Shown here one piece after another: positions 9,533 to 19,523 of a DNA stretch of 64,000 bases. Every line of letters starts with the position of its first letter. Within the stretch, counting starts at the first letter, position 1. The position numbers and the translations under genes are program-made. The stretch covers positions 3,808,001 through 3,872,000 of the forward strand of contig OZ241907.1 of the NCBI GenBank assembly GCA_965203515.1, in the 5' to 3' direction. This DNA comes from Spirochaetia bacterium. Its GTDB lineage: Bacteria > Spirochaetota > Spirochaetia > SZUA-6 > Bin103. A model generated the notes under the pieces. The model was not told the origin of the DNA, searched no databases, and saw nothing but the letters and a program-made list of their open reading frames with translations.

Positions 9533-11371
9533 CTACTTGAAGTAGAACTGGTCCAGGTGCGCGGACATGATCCCCTTCAGCTTCACGCCGGTCTCCGGCA
9601 TGTTGCCGATCCCGTCGCTGCGCAGCACCGGGATCGGGACCTCGGCTATGTAGGCGATCTGAAACAGCACGTCCTCGCCCATCATGACGTAGAACTGCTT
9701 GACCAGATCGACGAATCGCTCGGCGTCGAGCTCCGATGTCAGCGCCTGCTCCAGCTCCCAGATATCCCGGTACTCCTGCGGCGGATCCACCAGCCCGTGC
9801 CCGCACATGTGCGAGAGCGGACTGAACTGGCGGCCCAGGAAGGTGTGCGGCAGGTACGGCTCGAAGGACGGGCCGACCCACATGATCGCCTCGCCGTCGC
9901 CGCCGCAACGTGCGGCCCAGGCCGAACCGGCAAGGACGTCCATGGTCGCGTCGATACCGATGTCCCGCCAATAGCCTACGACCAGCTCGGCCGGAGAGAT
10001 CGTATCCGGTATGCCCGAGTGCACGTCCAGGACGATCGTCACCTTCCCGCCGTCCGGATACTCTAGCAGGCCGTCACCGTTGGTGTCCTTGAGACCGAGT
10101 CCCTCCAGCAAGCTGCGCGCGCGTTCGGGATCGTACCCGGCGTACGTGTCCATCCGCGGGTCATGGAAGACCGATTTCGGCGACACGACCGTGCCGGCCG
10201 TCTCGCCCAGTCCGAAGTAGAGCGTATCGTTCATCTCGTCGCGGTTGAGAGCCAGCGAGAGCGCCCGGCGGAAGTCGATCTGGCGGATGTAGCGGGCAAG
10301 CTGCTCGTTGGTCGGCTCCACGATGAGGTTGACCCAACCCTGCCGCGAGCCGCCCGTCCACATGTCGATGGTGTAGTCGCCGCGCTGCTGGCCATCGCGC
10401 AGAACCTGCAGGTCGGAGAGCGCGATGAGTCCCTGCTGCGCGTCCACTTCACCTTGCACCATCGCCAGGATGGCCGCCTCCTCGTTGGCCACGACCCGGC
10501 GTTCGATTCGATCGATGTAGGGAAGCTGGTTCCCGGCGGCGTCGACCACCGGATAGTAGGGATTGCGCACCGCCACCAGCTTGCCGGCCGGGTCGTAGCT
10601 TTCCAACACCCAGGGGCCAAGCCAGGGCTGCTCGGGGTGCTCCTCCCGGTTCATCCGGCGATGGAGGTCCTCGTAGGTTCGGTCGGGGTTCACCTCCGGA
10701 TGGTAGTCCTCCAGCCAGTGCTTGGCGTGCGTGCTTTCGGCCAGGATCCACATGTGCATGAGCGGATGCGGCACCGGCGAGGTGAAGCGCACCGTCCGCT
10801 CGTCGATCGCCTCCACCGTGACCACGTCCTCGCCGATCTGCGCGAACCATCGCGGGATCTGGTTCACCTCAGGGTGGATATGGACCATGTTGTAGACCCA
10901 GGCGATATCCTCGGCCGTGAACGGCTCGCCGTCCGACCATCGCGTGTTCTCCCGGATCGTCCCCTCGAACAGCGTGAAGTCGTCGTTGATCGTGAAGCTG
11001 TCGAAATAGAACGGATTGAGCGTGTTCTCGCCCAGGTGCATCCCGTCCTCGACCCACTGATGGACGTCGAACGGGATGTCGAAGGCGATGCCGCCGCCTT
11101 CGGTGTTGTAGCCGGCCAAGTCGAGCCAGCCGATGCTGGGCTTGCCAAGGTCGACGCCTCGCAGCGTGCCGCCGTACGTGCCGATTTCACCGTAGACCTC
11201 GCGCACGAACGGGTTGTTCGATACGCGTTCCTCCACAGGGGGGAGTTCGCCCCGCGCCACCATCGCCGCCAGCATCGGCGCCTCTTGATACTCGGCCACG
11301 CCATACGTCGCGGCGAGGAGCATCATCCCGGTCGAAAACGTTGCGAGAGACCAGAGCCTTCGTGTTGCCAC
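9533..11371 (-). CDS. ABC substrate-binding protein, family 5
   Basis: GTG start with AAGGAG RBS; signal-like N-terminus; EAPML...GELPPVEER, WSDGEPFTAED, RNPYY...GNQLPYID. Confidence 0.9.
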   Translation of the reverse strand: MATRRLWSLATFSTGMMLLAATYGVAEYQEAPMLAAMVARGELPPVEERVSNNPFVREVYGEIGTYGGTLRGVDLGKPSIGWLDLAGYNTEGGGIAFDIPFDVHQWVEDGMHLGENTLNPFYFDSFTINDDFTLFEGTIRENTRWSDGEPFTAEDIAWVYNMVHIHPEVNQIPRWFAQIGEDVVTVEAIDERTVRFTSPVPHPLMHMWILAESTHAKHWLEDYHPEVNPDRTYEDLHRRMNREEHPEQPWLGPWVLESYDPAGKLVAVRNPYYPVVDAAGNQLPYIDRIERRVVANEEAAILAMVQGEVDAQQGLIALSDLQVLRDGQQRGDYTIDMWTGGSRQGWVNLIVEPTNEQLARYIRQIDFRRALSLALNRDEMNDTLYFGLGETAGTVVSPKSVFHDPRMDTYAGYDPERARSLLEGLGLKDTNGDGLLEYPDGGKVTIVLDVHSGIPDTISPAELVVGYWRDIGIDATMDVLAGSAWAARCGGDGEAIMWVGPSFEPYLPHTFLGRQFSPLSHMCGHGLVDPPQEYRDIWELEQALTSELDAERFVDLVKQFYVMMGEDVLFQIAYIAEVPIPVLRSDGIGNMPETGVKLKGIMSAHLDQFYFK

Positions 11372-11450
11372 CGTCTTCTCCTTATGCGCGACCGCGTTTC
11401 GGTCCCGCGGGCGCGGCGGTCCTCCGATCGGCGCGAATCGCCGATTCTCA

Positions 11451-11479
11451 ATCGTCGCCCGCGCCGCCGAGCGTGTCAA
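11451..11479 (-). promoter_or_regulatory. Putative sigma70 promoter for the SBP/Opp/sialidase operon
   Basis: Minus strand TTGACA - 17 nt - GACGAT. Confidence 0.45.
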
Positions 11480-11564
11480 CGGACAGGCAACGCGGTCCGG
11501 GGTCATGCGCATGCGGACGGTCCGGGCTTGCCGCTCGCGCGGCATGCTCGGCACACTCGCGGCC

Positions 11565-12035
11565 ATGGACCTCCTGATCGACGTGGAGACGCTCGGGACG
11601 CTCATCGTCACGGTCGATGACGACGGCGTGATCAGCCGGATCACCTTCAGCGACGAGCCGATCGGCGGCGCGGGAACGAACGGGCGGCGCCCGGAGCCGC
11701 CCATGAGCGACGTCGAACGCGAGATACATCGCTATCTGGCCGGCGAGCTGATGGCCATGCGGCTGCGGTATCGCGCGCACGGCACGCCGTTTCAGCAGGC
11801 GGTCTGGGAGCAGTTGACGCGCATCCCGTACGGAACCACCGCCACCTACGGTCAGATCGCCGCGCGCGTCGGCCGGCCCGGCGCGGCGCGCGCGGTCGGC
11901 AACGCCTGCGGCGCCAACCCGGTGCCGCTGCTGATCCCGTGCCACCGGGCGGTCGCCGCCAACGGCGGTCTGGGAGGCTTTACGAGCGGCGTGTGGCGCA
12001 AGCGGTTGCTGATCGCGATGGAAGGCGAACTGTAA
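11565..12035 (+). CDS. ogt: Methylated-DNA--protein-cysteine methyltransferase
   Basis: GTPFQQAVW, IPYGTTATYGQIA, ARAVGNACGANP, active-site PCHR. Confidence 0.92.
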   Translation: MDLLIDVETLGTLIVTVDDDGVISRITFSDEPIGGAGTNGRRPEPPMSDVEREIHRYLAGELMAMRLRYRAHGTPFQQAVWEQLTRIPYGTTATYGQIAARVGRPGAARAVGNACGANPVPLLIPCHRAVAANGGLGGFTSGVWRKRLLIAMEGEL

Positions 12036-14292
12036 AGGAGAGCCCGCCGCCCCGGTCCAGACCGATCGACACCGCGGCGCCGGCCGGCAGCCGGGCGGCC
12101 AGCAGGTCATCGGTCAGCCGATCCTCCACTTCGCGTTGGAACAGCGCGATGAGCGGGCGGGCGCCGGCCGCCGGGTCGTAGCCGCGCTCCGCCAGGGAGG
12201 CGCGCGCGGGCCCGGTCAGCGTGACGGTCACCCGCCGCCCGCGCAGCCGTCCGGCCAACTCGGCCAGCAAGCGGTCGACGATCCGCTCGACCACCTCGCG
12301 GCCGAGCGGAGCGAAGGTGACGATGGCGTCCAGCCGATTGATGAACTCGGGGCGAAAGAGCCGCTTGACCGCCTTTTCGCCCTCGGCAGCGGCGGGCGGG
12401 CGGGGGCCGTCGTCACCGTCGGTCGCAAAGCCGACCGGCGGCTCGGTCATCTCGCGGGAGCCGGCGTTGGAGGTCATGAGCAGCAGCGTGTGCTGGAACC
12501 GGGCGCTGCGGCCCTCCCCGTCGGTAAGCGCCGCGTAGTCCATGATCTGCAGCAGCAGGTCGAAGATGTCGGGATGCGCCTTTTCCACTTCGTCGAGCAG
12601 GATGACGCTGTGCGGTGCCTTGATCACCGCGTCGGTGAGCAGTCCGCCGGACTCGTGCCCGACATAGCCGGGCGGCGCTCCGATCAGCCGTGACGCGGTG
12701 TGCTTCTCCAGGTACTCGCTCATGTCGAAGCGGTGGAGCGGCACGCCCAGGGCGGAGGCGAGGCGGCGGGCCAACTCGGTCTTGCCCACCCCGCTCGGCC
12801 CCGTGAACAGGAACGACCCGATGGGACGCCGCGGCTCGCGCATGCCGGCGACGTCCCGCTTGACGGCGCGCATCACCTGTTCGATCGCGGCGTCCTGGCC
12901 GAACACGCCGGCGCGGAGCGCGGCCTCCACCCGCGCCGGCCGATCGCGCGTGGCGCCGGACAGCGACTCCAGCGGCCGTTTGGTCATGCGCGCCACCACG
13001 CGCTGAATGTCGCGGCGGTCGATCGTGCGGGCGCCGGCCCCGCCGCCGGTCCGATGCCTGGCCGCCGAGCGGTGCCTGGCCGCCGAGCGGTGCTTGGCCG
13101 CCGAGCCGGCCTCATCCAGCACGTCGATCGCCTTGTCCGGCAGGCGGCGATCGGCGACGTGCAGGTCGGACAGCTCGACCGCCGCCCGCAGCGCGCGCGG
13201 GCTGTAGCGCACGCCGTGGAAGCGCTCGTAGCCGGGCGCCAGCCCGCGCAGGATCGTGGCCGCCTCTTCGCGGGTCGGTTCGTCGATGACGACCTTCTGA
13301 AAGCGCCGCGACAAGGCATGATCCTTCTCGAACGAACGGCGGTATTCGTCGTGCGTGGTGGCGCCGATGCAGCGCAGGCCGCCGGAGGCGAGCTGCGGTT
13401 TGAGGATGTTGGAGGCGTCCATGGAGCCGCCGCCGGTGGCGCCGGCGCCGACGATGGTGTGTATCTCGTCGATGAACAGCACCGCCTGCGGGATCGCCGC
13501 CAGATCGGCCATGACCGCCTTGAGGCGAGCTTCGAAGTCGCCCCGGAACCGGGTGCCGGCCAGCAACGCGCCCATGTCCAGGGCGAAGATGCGCAGGTCG
13601 GCGAACGCCGGCGCCGCCTCTCCCCGTTCGATCAGACGCGCCAGGCCCTCGGCGATCGCGGTCTTGCCCACGCCGGCGTCGCCGACCAGGAGCGGATTGT
13701 TCTTGTAGCGCCGGCCCAGGATCTGCTGCACGCGCGCCAACTCCTCGGTGCGGCCGATCAGCGGATCGATCTCGCCCCGGCCGGCGCGAAGGTTGAGGTC
13801 GGTCGCGTAGCGGCCGAGCGCCGCCGGCTCGCGGCCGGCCGGCGCGGCCGCGGCCGGCGCTTCCTGCCGGTGGGAGATGAACTCCAGCACGTCCAGGCGC
13901 GAGACGCCCTGCCGGCGGAGGAACCAGGCGGCGTGCGACCGCTCTTCCTGCAGCAACGCCGCCAGCACGTCGCCGGCGCCGGCGGTCCGCCGTTCGGCCG
14001 ACTGCGCGTGGGCGTGCACCTGATCGATCACCCGGTGCAGGGCGTCGGTGAGGTCGATCTCGTAGGGCGCCTCGCCGGGGACCGATTCCAGCGATTCGCC
14101 GAAGTGGCGTTCGAGCTGGCGGAGGATCGCCGCTACGTCGCCGCCGCAGCCGCGCACGATCGCGGACGCCACCTCGCCGTGCAGCAGGGCGAACAGCAGG
14201 TGCTCCAGGGTGACGAACTGATGGCGGCGGCTCTCGGCTTCGCGAAACGCGGTCTGCAGGGTGAATTCGACGTCCCGGGAGAGCAGACTCAT
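11980..14292 (-). CDS. clpA: ATP-dependent Clp protease ATPase subunit ClpA
   Basis: Clp N-domain, two AAA modules (GDAGVGKT; GPSGVGKT), RRLPDKAID, no ClpB/ClpC coiled coil, VGF ClpP-docking loop; directly downstream of clpS. Confidence 0.9.
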   Translation of the reverse strand: MSLLSRDVEFTLQTAFREAESRRHQFVTLEHLLFALLHGEVASAIVRGCGGDVAAILRQLERHFGESLESVPGEAPYEIDLTDALHRVIDQVHAHAQSAERRTAGAGDVLAALLQEERSHAAWFLRRQGVSRLDVLEFISHRQEAPAAAAPAGREPAALGRYATDLNLRAGRGEIDPLIGRTEELARVQQILGRRYKNNPLLVGDAGVGKTAIAEGLARLIERGEAAPAFADLRIFALDMGALLAGTRFRGDFEARLKAVMADLAAIPQAVLFIDEIHTIVGAGATGGGSMDASNILKPQLASGGLRCIGATTHDEYRRSFEKDHALSRRFQKVVIDEPTREEAATILRGLAPGYERFHGVRYSPRALRAAVELSDLHVADRRLPDKAIDVLDEAGSAAKHRSAARHRSAARHRTGGGAGARTIDRRDIQRVVARMTKRPLESLSGATRDRPARVEAALRAGVFGQDAAIEQVMRAVKRDVAGMREPRRPIGSFLFTGPSGVGKTELARRLASALGVPLHRFDMSEYLEKHTASRLIGAPPGYVGHESGGLLTDAVIKAPHSVILLDEVEKAHPDIFDLLLQIMDYAALTDGEGRSARFQHTLLLMTSNAGSREMTEPPVGFATDGDDGPRPPAAAEGEKAVKRLFRPEFINRLDAIVTFAPLGREVVERIVDRLLAELAGRLRGRRVTVTLTGPARASLAERGYDPAAGARPLIALFQREVEDRLTDDLLAARLPAGAAVSIGLDRGGGLSFTVRLPSRSATACATRRS
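13055..13108. repeat. In-frame 18-bp tandem repeat x3 inside clpA
   Basis: Unit tgcctggccgccgagcgg; encodes SAAKHR-SAARHR-SAARHR. Confidence 0.85.
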
Positions 14293-14594
14293 GCCGGCTC
14301 CACCGAGCAGCGCAGCGGAAAGCCGCGTTCGCGCGCCATGCGGTGCACGGCGCTCACCTTGGATTCCGCGATCTGCTCCGGGTATTCGCCGCAGACGCCG
14401 ACCCCGCGCCGGTGGATCTGCAGCATTACCGCGGTCGCCTCCGAGGGGCTCTTGAAGAAGACCCGTTCCAGGACCGCGACGACGAAATCCATGGTGGTGT
14501 AGTCGTCGTTGTGCATGAGGACGCGAACCGGGGGCAGCGCGTCGACCTCGGAGTCGATCGCCGACTCGACCTCTCTGAGCGGATCGTCGTGCAC
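14289..14594 (-). CDS. clpS: Clp protease adaptor ClpS
   Basis: VLMHNDDYTTMDFVV, MLQIHRRG, GFPLRC; ATGA overlap with clpA; start codon uncertain. Confidence 0.92.
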   Translation of the reverse strand: MHDDPLREVESAIDSEVDALPPVRVLMHNDDYTTMDFVVAVLERVFFKSPSEATAVMLQIHRRGVGVCGEYPEQIAESKVSAVHRMARERGFPLRCSVEPA

Positions 14595-14675
14595 GGTTCG
14601 GAACTGTGACAAAGATAGCCGCGCCGCCGGCGGACGGTCAATCATCGAACGGACCGGATCGGCTACGATCGGCGC

Positions 14676-16205
14676 GTGCTCTTCGCCGAGTTGGCCGCGG
14701 TGTCGACGACGGTCGGCGCCACCCGCAGCCGCAGCGCCAAGGTGGAGGCGCTGGCCGCGTGTCTGCGGGCGCTGGCCGAAGAAGCCGATCCGGCGGCGCT
14801 GGCGGCCGGCGTCTGCTTCCTGGCGGGGCGACTGCGGCAGGGCCGGCTGGGAATCGGTCCTGCCGCGGCCGCCCCGTTGCTCGGGGCGCCGGCCGCCGCA
14901 GGCGACCCGCTCACGGTGGGCGAGGTCGACGCCGCTCTGGAGGACTACCAGCGCCGGCGTCCGCGCCGCGCGGACCGGCTGCGCCTTCTGTTCGGCCGAG
15001 CGTCGGCGGCCGAGCGCGACTATCTGCTGCGGCTGCTGATCGGCGAGGTGCGCCAGGGCGCCCTGGACGGCCTCCTGGTCGAGGCCGTGGCGGTGGCCGC
15101 CGAGGCGCCGCTCGACCGGGTCCGCCGCGCGCTCATGGTGTCGGGCGACCTGCCGGCGGTGACCCAGGCGGCCCTGCGCGGCGGCGACCGACTGCAGGCG
15201 TTCCGGCTGCAGGTGTTCCGGCCGGTGGAGCCGATGCTGGCGCAATCGGCGCCCACGGTGGCCGCGGCGCTGGGCCGCACCGGCGCAGCCGCCGTGGAGG
15301 CCAAGCTGGACGGCATGCGGGTGCAGATCCACCGCGACGGGGACGCGGTGCGCGTCTTCACGCGCAGCTTGCGCGACGTGACCGCCGGCCTGCCGGCGGC
15401 GGTGGCGGCCGGCCGGCGCCTGCGCGCGAGGTCCGCCGTGGTCGACGGCGAGGCGATCGCCCTGGGCGCCGGCGGGCGGCCGCGCCCGTTCCAGGAGACC
15501 ATGAGCGCCGCCGGCCGGGATGAAGGCGAGCCCGCCGATCCGGTCTCCATCTTTCTGTTCGATTGCCTGTTTCGGGACGGCCGGGACCTGACCGATGAGC
15601 CGTGGTCGGAGCGGCGGCAGGCGCTCGCGGCGATCTGTCCGGCGGAGCTGCTGGTCGACGCGGTGCGCACCGACGACCCGGAAGAGGCGCAACGGTTTGC
15701 CGACCGGACCCTGCAGGCCGGGCATGAGGGCGTGGTGGTCAAGGCGGCCGGCGGCGCGTACGAGGCGGGCCGGCGGGGCCACGCCTGGATCAAGGTCAAA
15801 CCGGCGCTGACGCTCGACCTGGTCGTGCTGGCCGCCGAATGGGGCTCCGGGCGCCGCGCCGGCAGCCTGAGCAATCTCCATCTGGGAGCGCGAGATCCGG
15901 CCGGCGGCTTCGTGATGCTCGGCAAGACCTTCAAGGGCATGACCGACGAGGTGTTGCGCTGGCAGACCGAGCGGCTGCAGGCGTTGGCGACGCGGCGGGA
16001 GGGGCGCGTCGTCCACGTACGGCCGGAGCTGGTCGCGGAGATCGCCTTCGACGGCATCCAGACCAGCCGCCGCTATCCGGGCGGCATGGCGCTCCGCTTC
16101 GCCCGCCTGCGCCGGTACCGGCACGACAAGGGCGCCGGCCAAGCCGACACCATCGAGGCGGTGCGCCGCCTGCACCGGCGCGGCGCCGCGGCGGAGCCGA
16201 AGTGA
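14676..16205 (+). CDS. ATP-dependent DNA ligase (LigB-like)
   Basis: Motif I EAKLDGMR, III VDGE, IIIa FLFD, IV EGVVVK, V WIKVK, VI ALRFAR. Confidence 0.92.
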   Translation: MLFAELAAVSTTVGATRSRSAKVEALAACLRALAEEADPAALAAGVCFLAGRLRQGRLGIGPAAAAPLLGAPAAAGDPLTVGEVDAALEDYQRRRPRRADRLRLLFGRASAAERDYLLRLLIGEVRQGALDGLLVEAVAVAAEAPLDRVRRALMVSGDLPAVTQAALRGGDRLQAFRLQVFRPVEPMLAQSAPTVAAALGRTGAAAVEAKLDGMRVQIHRDGDAVRVFTRSLRDVTAGLPAAVAAGRRLRARSAVVDGEAIALGAGGRPRPFQETMSAAGRDEGEPADPVSIFLFDCLFRDGRDLTDEPWSERRQALAAICPAELLVDAVRTDDPEEAQRFADRTLQAGHEGVVVKAAGGAYEAGRRGHAWIKVKPALTLDLVVLAAEWGSGRRAGSLSNLHLGARDPAGGFVMLGKTFKGMTDEVLRWQTERLQALATRREGRVVHVRPELVAEIAFDGIQTSRRYPGGMALRFARLRRYRHDKGAGQADTIEAVRRLHRRGAAAEPK

Positions 16206-16221
16206 CGGGAGCCGGCTGCTC

Positions 16222-16956
16222 CTACCAGGCGAGCGCCGACCGCCGCCCCAGCCTGGCCAGCGCCTCTTCGAGCGCTCCCTTGACGGCGCCGAATACCTGC
16301 ACGCTTTCGATGTGGTCGGCGAGCAGGTGCTTGCCGGCCGCCTTGACCTTTGCCTCCGCGCGCGCGAACTGCTCGGCCACCCGCGGGTCGGCGTGGCCGC
16401 CGGGAATGCCCATCGACTGCGCCATGTCCTCCGGGCCGCCGCCGAAGAAGTCGATGCCATCGACCTGCAGGATGTCGTCGAGGTTGTCGACCGCGGTGAC
16501 GCTCTCGAGCTGCGGGACGACCAGCGTGTTGCGGTTGGCGGCCTCGAACAGCGCGGTCCGGTGCGGGCCGTCCTGGCGCAGCACCATCGGATGGCTGGTC
16601 GAGCTGCGCAGCCCGAGCGGCGCGAAGAAGGTGTACTTGACCAGCGCCTCCGCCTCGGCGCGGGTCTGCAGATTCGGCACCACGATGAGCTGCACGCCGC
16701 GGTCCAGATAAGACAGGATCGTCGACTCCGCGCCGTCCGGGACGCGCATCGTGGTGGTCATGCCGAACCCCTCGGCGATGCGGCAGACGGTGCCGACCTG
16801 CTGCGGCGTCACCGGGGCGTGCTGACCGTCCAGGTTGACGAAGTCGCAGCCCATGCGGCCGGCCAGCTCGACCACCTCCTCCGAAGGCTCGTTCATCGAT
16901 ACGCCCAACGCCTTTTCGCCGCGCGCCTTACGCCATAGAATCCGGTTCTCGATCAT
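16222..16956 (-). CDS. HpcH/HpaI aldolase-family protein
   Basis: LDGQH, MRVP, LDRG...VP, PLGLRS, PQLES, GPEDM; AAGGAG RBS. Confidence 0.85.
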   Translation of the reverse strand: MIENRILWRKARGEKALGVSMNEPSEEVVELAGRMGCDFVNLDGQHAPVTPQQVGTVCRIAEGFGMTTTMRVPDGAESTILSYLDRGVQLIVVPNLQTRAEAEALVKYTFFAPLGLRSSTSHPMVLRQDGPHRTALFEAANRNTLVVPQLESVTAVDNLDDILQVDGIDFFGGGPEDMAQSMGIPGGHADPRVAEQFARAEAKVKAAGKHLLADHIESVQVFGAVKGALEEALARLGRRSALAW

Positions 16957-18442
16957 GAGAGCTTCGATCTCCTTGCCGGTCGCCGTCCTGGCCGCCATCG
17001 CCCTGCTCGTCCTGTTCGCCCTGCCCGCAGCCGGCGAGCCGACCGCCGCCGGCCCGCCGCGCGTCGTCTCCGCGACCGCGGCCATGCATCCCGACAACAG
17101 CCTTATAGCAGAGATCGCCGTGCAACTCGACGCGCCGGGGCGCGTGTACGTCGAGTACCGGGGGCCGGCCGGCGCGATCCGGTCGCCGACCACGCCGGCG
17201 GCGGCCCGCGCCCACCGGGTGCCGCTGGTGCGCCTGCACCCGCAGACCCGCTATCGCTACGCGGTCATGACGGTCGCCGAGGACGGCGCCGCCACCACCG
17301 CCACTGCCGCCGAGGGCGAGTTCCGCACGCGCGCGTTGCCGCCGGCGCTGGCCCGCCTGCGGATCGACGCCGCCGGCGAGTCGACCGCGGAGCTGGTGCT
17401 GCTCGACCTGCAGGACCACCCCGACAGCTACTTCCTCTACCTGGACCGCTTCGGCCGCATCGTCTGGTACTACCGTAACGCGCCGGTCGTGGCCGACCCG
17501 CCCACGCCGCTGCGGGCGGTGCGCCGGAAGCCCAACCACAACCTGGTCTACTGGGAGGGCGGCCCCACCGGCCGCTTCGTGAACTGCTGCCTGCGCGAGA
17601 TCGACCCCACCGGCCGGGCCGTGACGCGCCTGGTCAACAACGACATCGACAAGTACGCGCACCACGATCTCCTGATCCTGCCGGAGCGGCGGGTGCTCTA
17701 CATCGCCCACGAGATCATCACCATCGACGACACCGCGCGCGGCGGCGATGCGGAGACCCGCGTCCTGATCGATTCGCTGCGCCTCTGGGATCAGGAGACG
17801 CACGCCACCCATGAGCTGTGGGACGCGCGCGACCACCTGTCGCTGGCGGTCCGGGGCCGCTGGTCCGGCGACCCCAAGAACTGGCTCAACGTCAACTCGC
17901 TGGCGCTGGGCGCGCGCGGCAACGTGATCCTGTCGTTGGCCAACCGCAACGAGATCGTCTCCGTCGCGCCCGACTTCAAGAGCATCGAGTGGCGGTTGGG
18001 CGGGCCGGATTCGAGCTACGAGTTCCGCGACCCGACCGACCGGTTCTACTTCCAGCATACGGTCAGCGAGCTGCCGAACGGCAACATCCTGCTCTTCGAC
18101 AACGGCCGCGACCGGCCGGACCAGGAGGGCGGCGAGTACTCGCGAGCCCTGGAGCTGGCGCTCAACACCTACGAGCTGACCGCGGTGAAGGTGTGGGAGT
18201 ACCGCCACGCGCCGGACCTCTTTTCTCCGTCCCGGTCGAGCGCCTACCGGCTGCCGTCCGGCAACACCCTGATCAACTTCGAGACCAACGACCGCGACCC
18301 GCCGCGCGTGATCGTGGAGGCGGACGCCGGCGGCGCCGTCGTCTGGCAGGCGGCGCTGCGCAGCCCGACGATCCGCAACAGCTACCGCGCCTATCCGGCC
18401 GATACGATCATGGGCGAACGCAGGATCGACAGGATAGAGTAG
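16955..18442 (+). CDS. Secreted aryl-sulfate sulfotransferase family protein (N-terminal Ig/FN3-like domain)
   Basis: Signal peptide; HHD, YFQH, LFDNG, SRALE, SSAYRLPSGNTLINF; two active-site positions look substituted. Confidence 0.8.
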   Translation: MRASISLPVAVLAAIALLVLFALPAAGEPTAAGPPRVVSATAAMHPDNSLIAEIAVQLDAPGRVYVEYRGPAGAIRSPTTPAAARAHRVPLVRLHPQTRYRYAVMTVAEDGAATTATAAEGEFRTRALPPALARLRIDAAGESTAELVLLDLQDHPDSYFLYLDRFGRIVWYYRNAPVVADPPTPLRAVRRKPNHNLVYWEGGPTGRFVNCCLREIDPTGRAVTRLVNNDIDKYAHHDLLILPERRVLYIAHEIITIDDTARGGDAETRVLIDSLRLWDQETHATHELWDARDHLSLAVRGRWSGDPKNWLNVNSLALGARGNVILSLANRNEIVSVAPDFKSIEWRLGGPDSSYEFRDPTDRFYFQHTVSELPNGNILLFDNGRDRPDQEGGEYSRALELALNTYELTAVKVWEYRHAPDLFSPSRSSAYRLPSGNTLINFETNDRDPPRVIVEADAGGAVVWQAALRSPTIRNSYRAYPADTIMGERRIDRIE

Positions 18443-18446
18443 CGCC

Positions 18447-19523
18447 ATGTCCGAGCTGACCGCCGCCCTGATCGGGCTTCGCCATCCGCATTCGGCCGGT
18501 CACCTGCGCACGCTCGACTGCCTGCCGGAGGTGACCCGCATCGTGCTCTGGGACGAGGACCCCGCCGCCGCCGGCGACCTGCGCGGCGAAGCGCTCGACA
18601 CGCCGGTCGAGCCGGCCGCCAGCCTGGCGGAGCTGCTGGCCCGCCGCGACCTCGACTTCGTGGTCGCCGCCGAGCGCAACGACCGCAACCCGGACCTGTT
18701 CGCGGCGGTGCTGGAGGCCGGCCACCACCTGCTGGCGGAGAAGCCGTTCGGCCGCACCGCCGGCGACGCGCGGCGCGTGGTTGCCGCCGCCGAGCGGGCG
18801 GGCCGCACGCTGTCGGTCTTCTACACCAACCGCTTCAACCCGCTGGTGGCGGAGGCGCAGCGACTGGTGCGCGCCGGGGCGCTCGGCACGCTCTACTCGC
18901 TGGAGGTCCGCATGCTCACCACGCAGGTGCGCTTCCGCGGCCCCGATCACTGGCTGTTCGACCGCGCCGCCGCCGGCGGCGGCATGCTCTCCTGGCTCGG
19001 CTGCCATTCGCTCGATCTCATGCAGTTCCTGACCGGCGACCCGATCGTGTCGGTCGCGGCGGAGGTCGCCACGCGCGGCGGCGACGGCATCGACGTGGAA
19101 GACGCCGCGACCCTGTCGATGCGCCTCGGTTCCGGCGCGCTGGCGTCGCTGCACGCCGCGTACGTACTGGCGCTCGGCGGCGGCGGGTTCTACAACCCCG
19201 CCGGCTACGACCAGCACTTCGGCGTGTACGGCCGCCAGGGCCGGCTGTGGTGGGACGACCACGGCCCGCCGGAGCTCCGCCTGGAGAGCCGCGCGCCGGG
19301 GTTCGCGGCGGCGCCGCGGCGCACCTTCACCTTCACCCCCGCCGAGTCGCGCGCCTACGGGGGCGGCTACGGCGAGCGGTTCGTGCGCGCCTTCATCGCC
19401 GCCACGCGGGACGAAGGGCCGGCGCCGTGCCCGGGCGAGGCGGCGGTGCGCGTTGCCCTGATCGTCGACGCGGCCTACGAGTCGGCCCGCACCGGACGGC
19501 GGGTGGCGGTCCCGTCGGCGTAG
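18447..19523 (+). CDS. Gfo/Idh/MocA-family oxidoreductase
   Basis: [34 protein letters not shown]. Confidence 0.88.
   Translation: MSELTAALIGLRHPHSAGHLRTLDCLPEVTRIVLWDEDPAAAGDLRGEALDTPVEPAASLAELLARRDLDFVVAAERNDRNPDLFAAVLEAGHHLLAEKPFGRTAGDARRVVAAAERAGRTLSVFYTNRFNPLVAEAQRLVRAGALGTLYSLEVRMLTTQVRFRGPDHWLFDRAAAGGGMLSWLGCHSLDLMQFLTGDPIVSVAAEVATRGGDGIDVEDAATLSMRLGSGALASLHAAYVLALGGGGFYNPAGYDQHFGVYGRQGRLWWDDHGPPELRLESRAPGFAAAPRRTFTFTPAESRAYGGGYGERFVRAFIAATRDEGPAPCPGEAAVRVALIVDAAYESARTGRRVAVPSA

Noticed and set aside
14289..16460. 723-aa minus-strand ORF
   Set aside because: Only the last ~100 codons (ClpS) are real; the rest is the antisense shadow of the DNA ligase.
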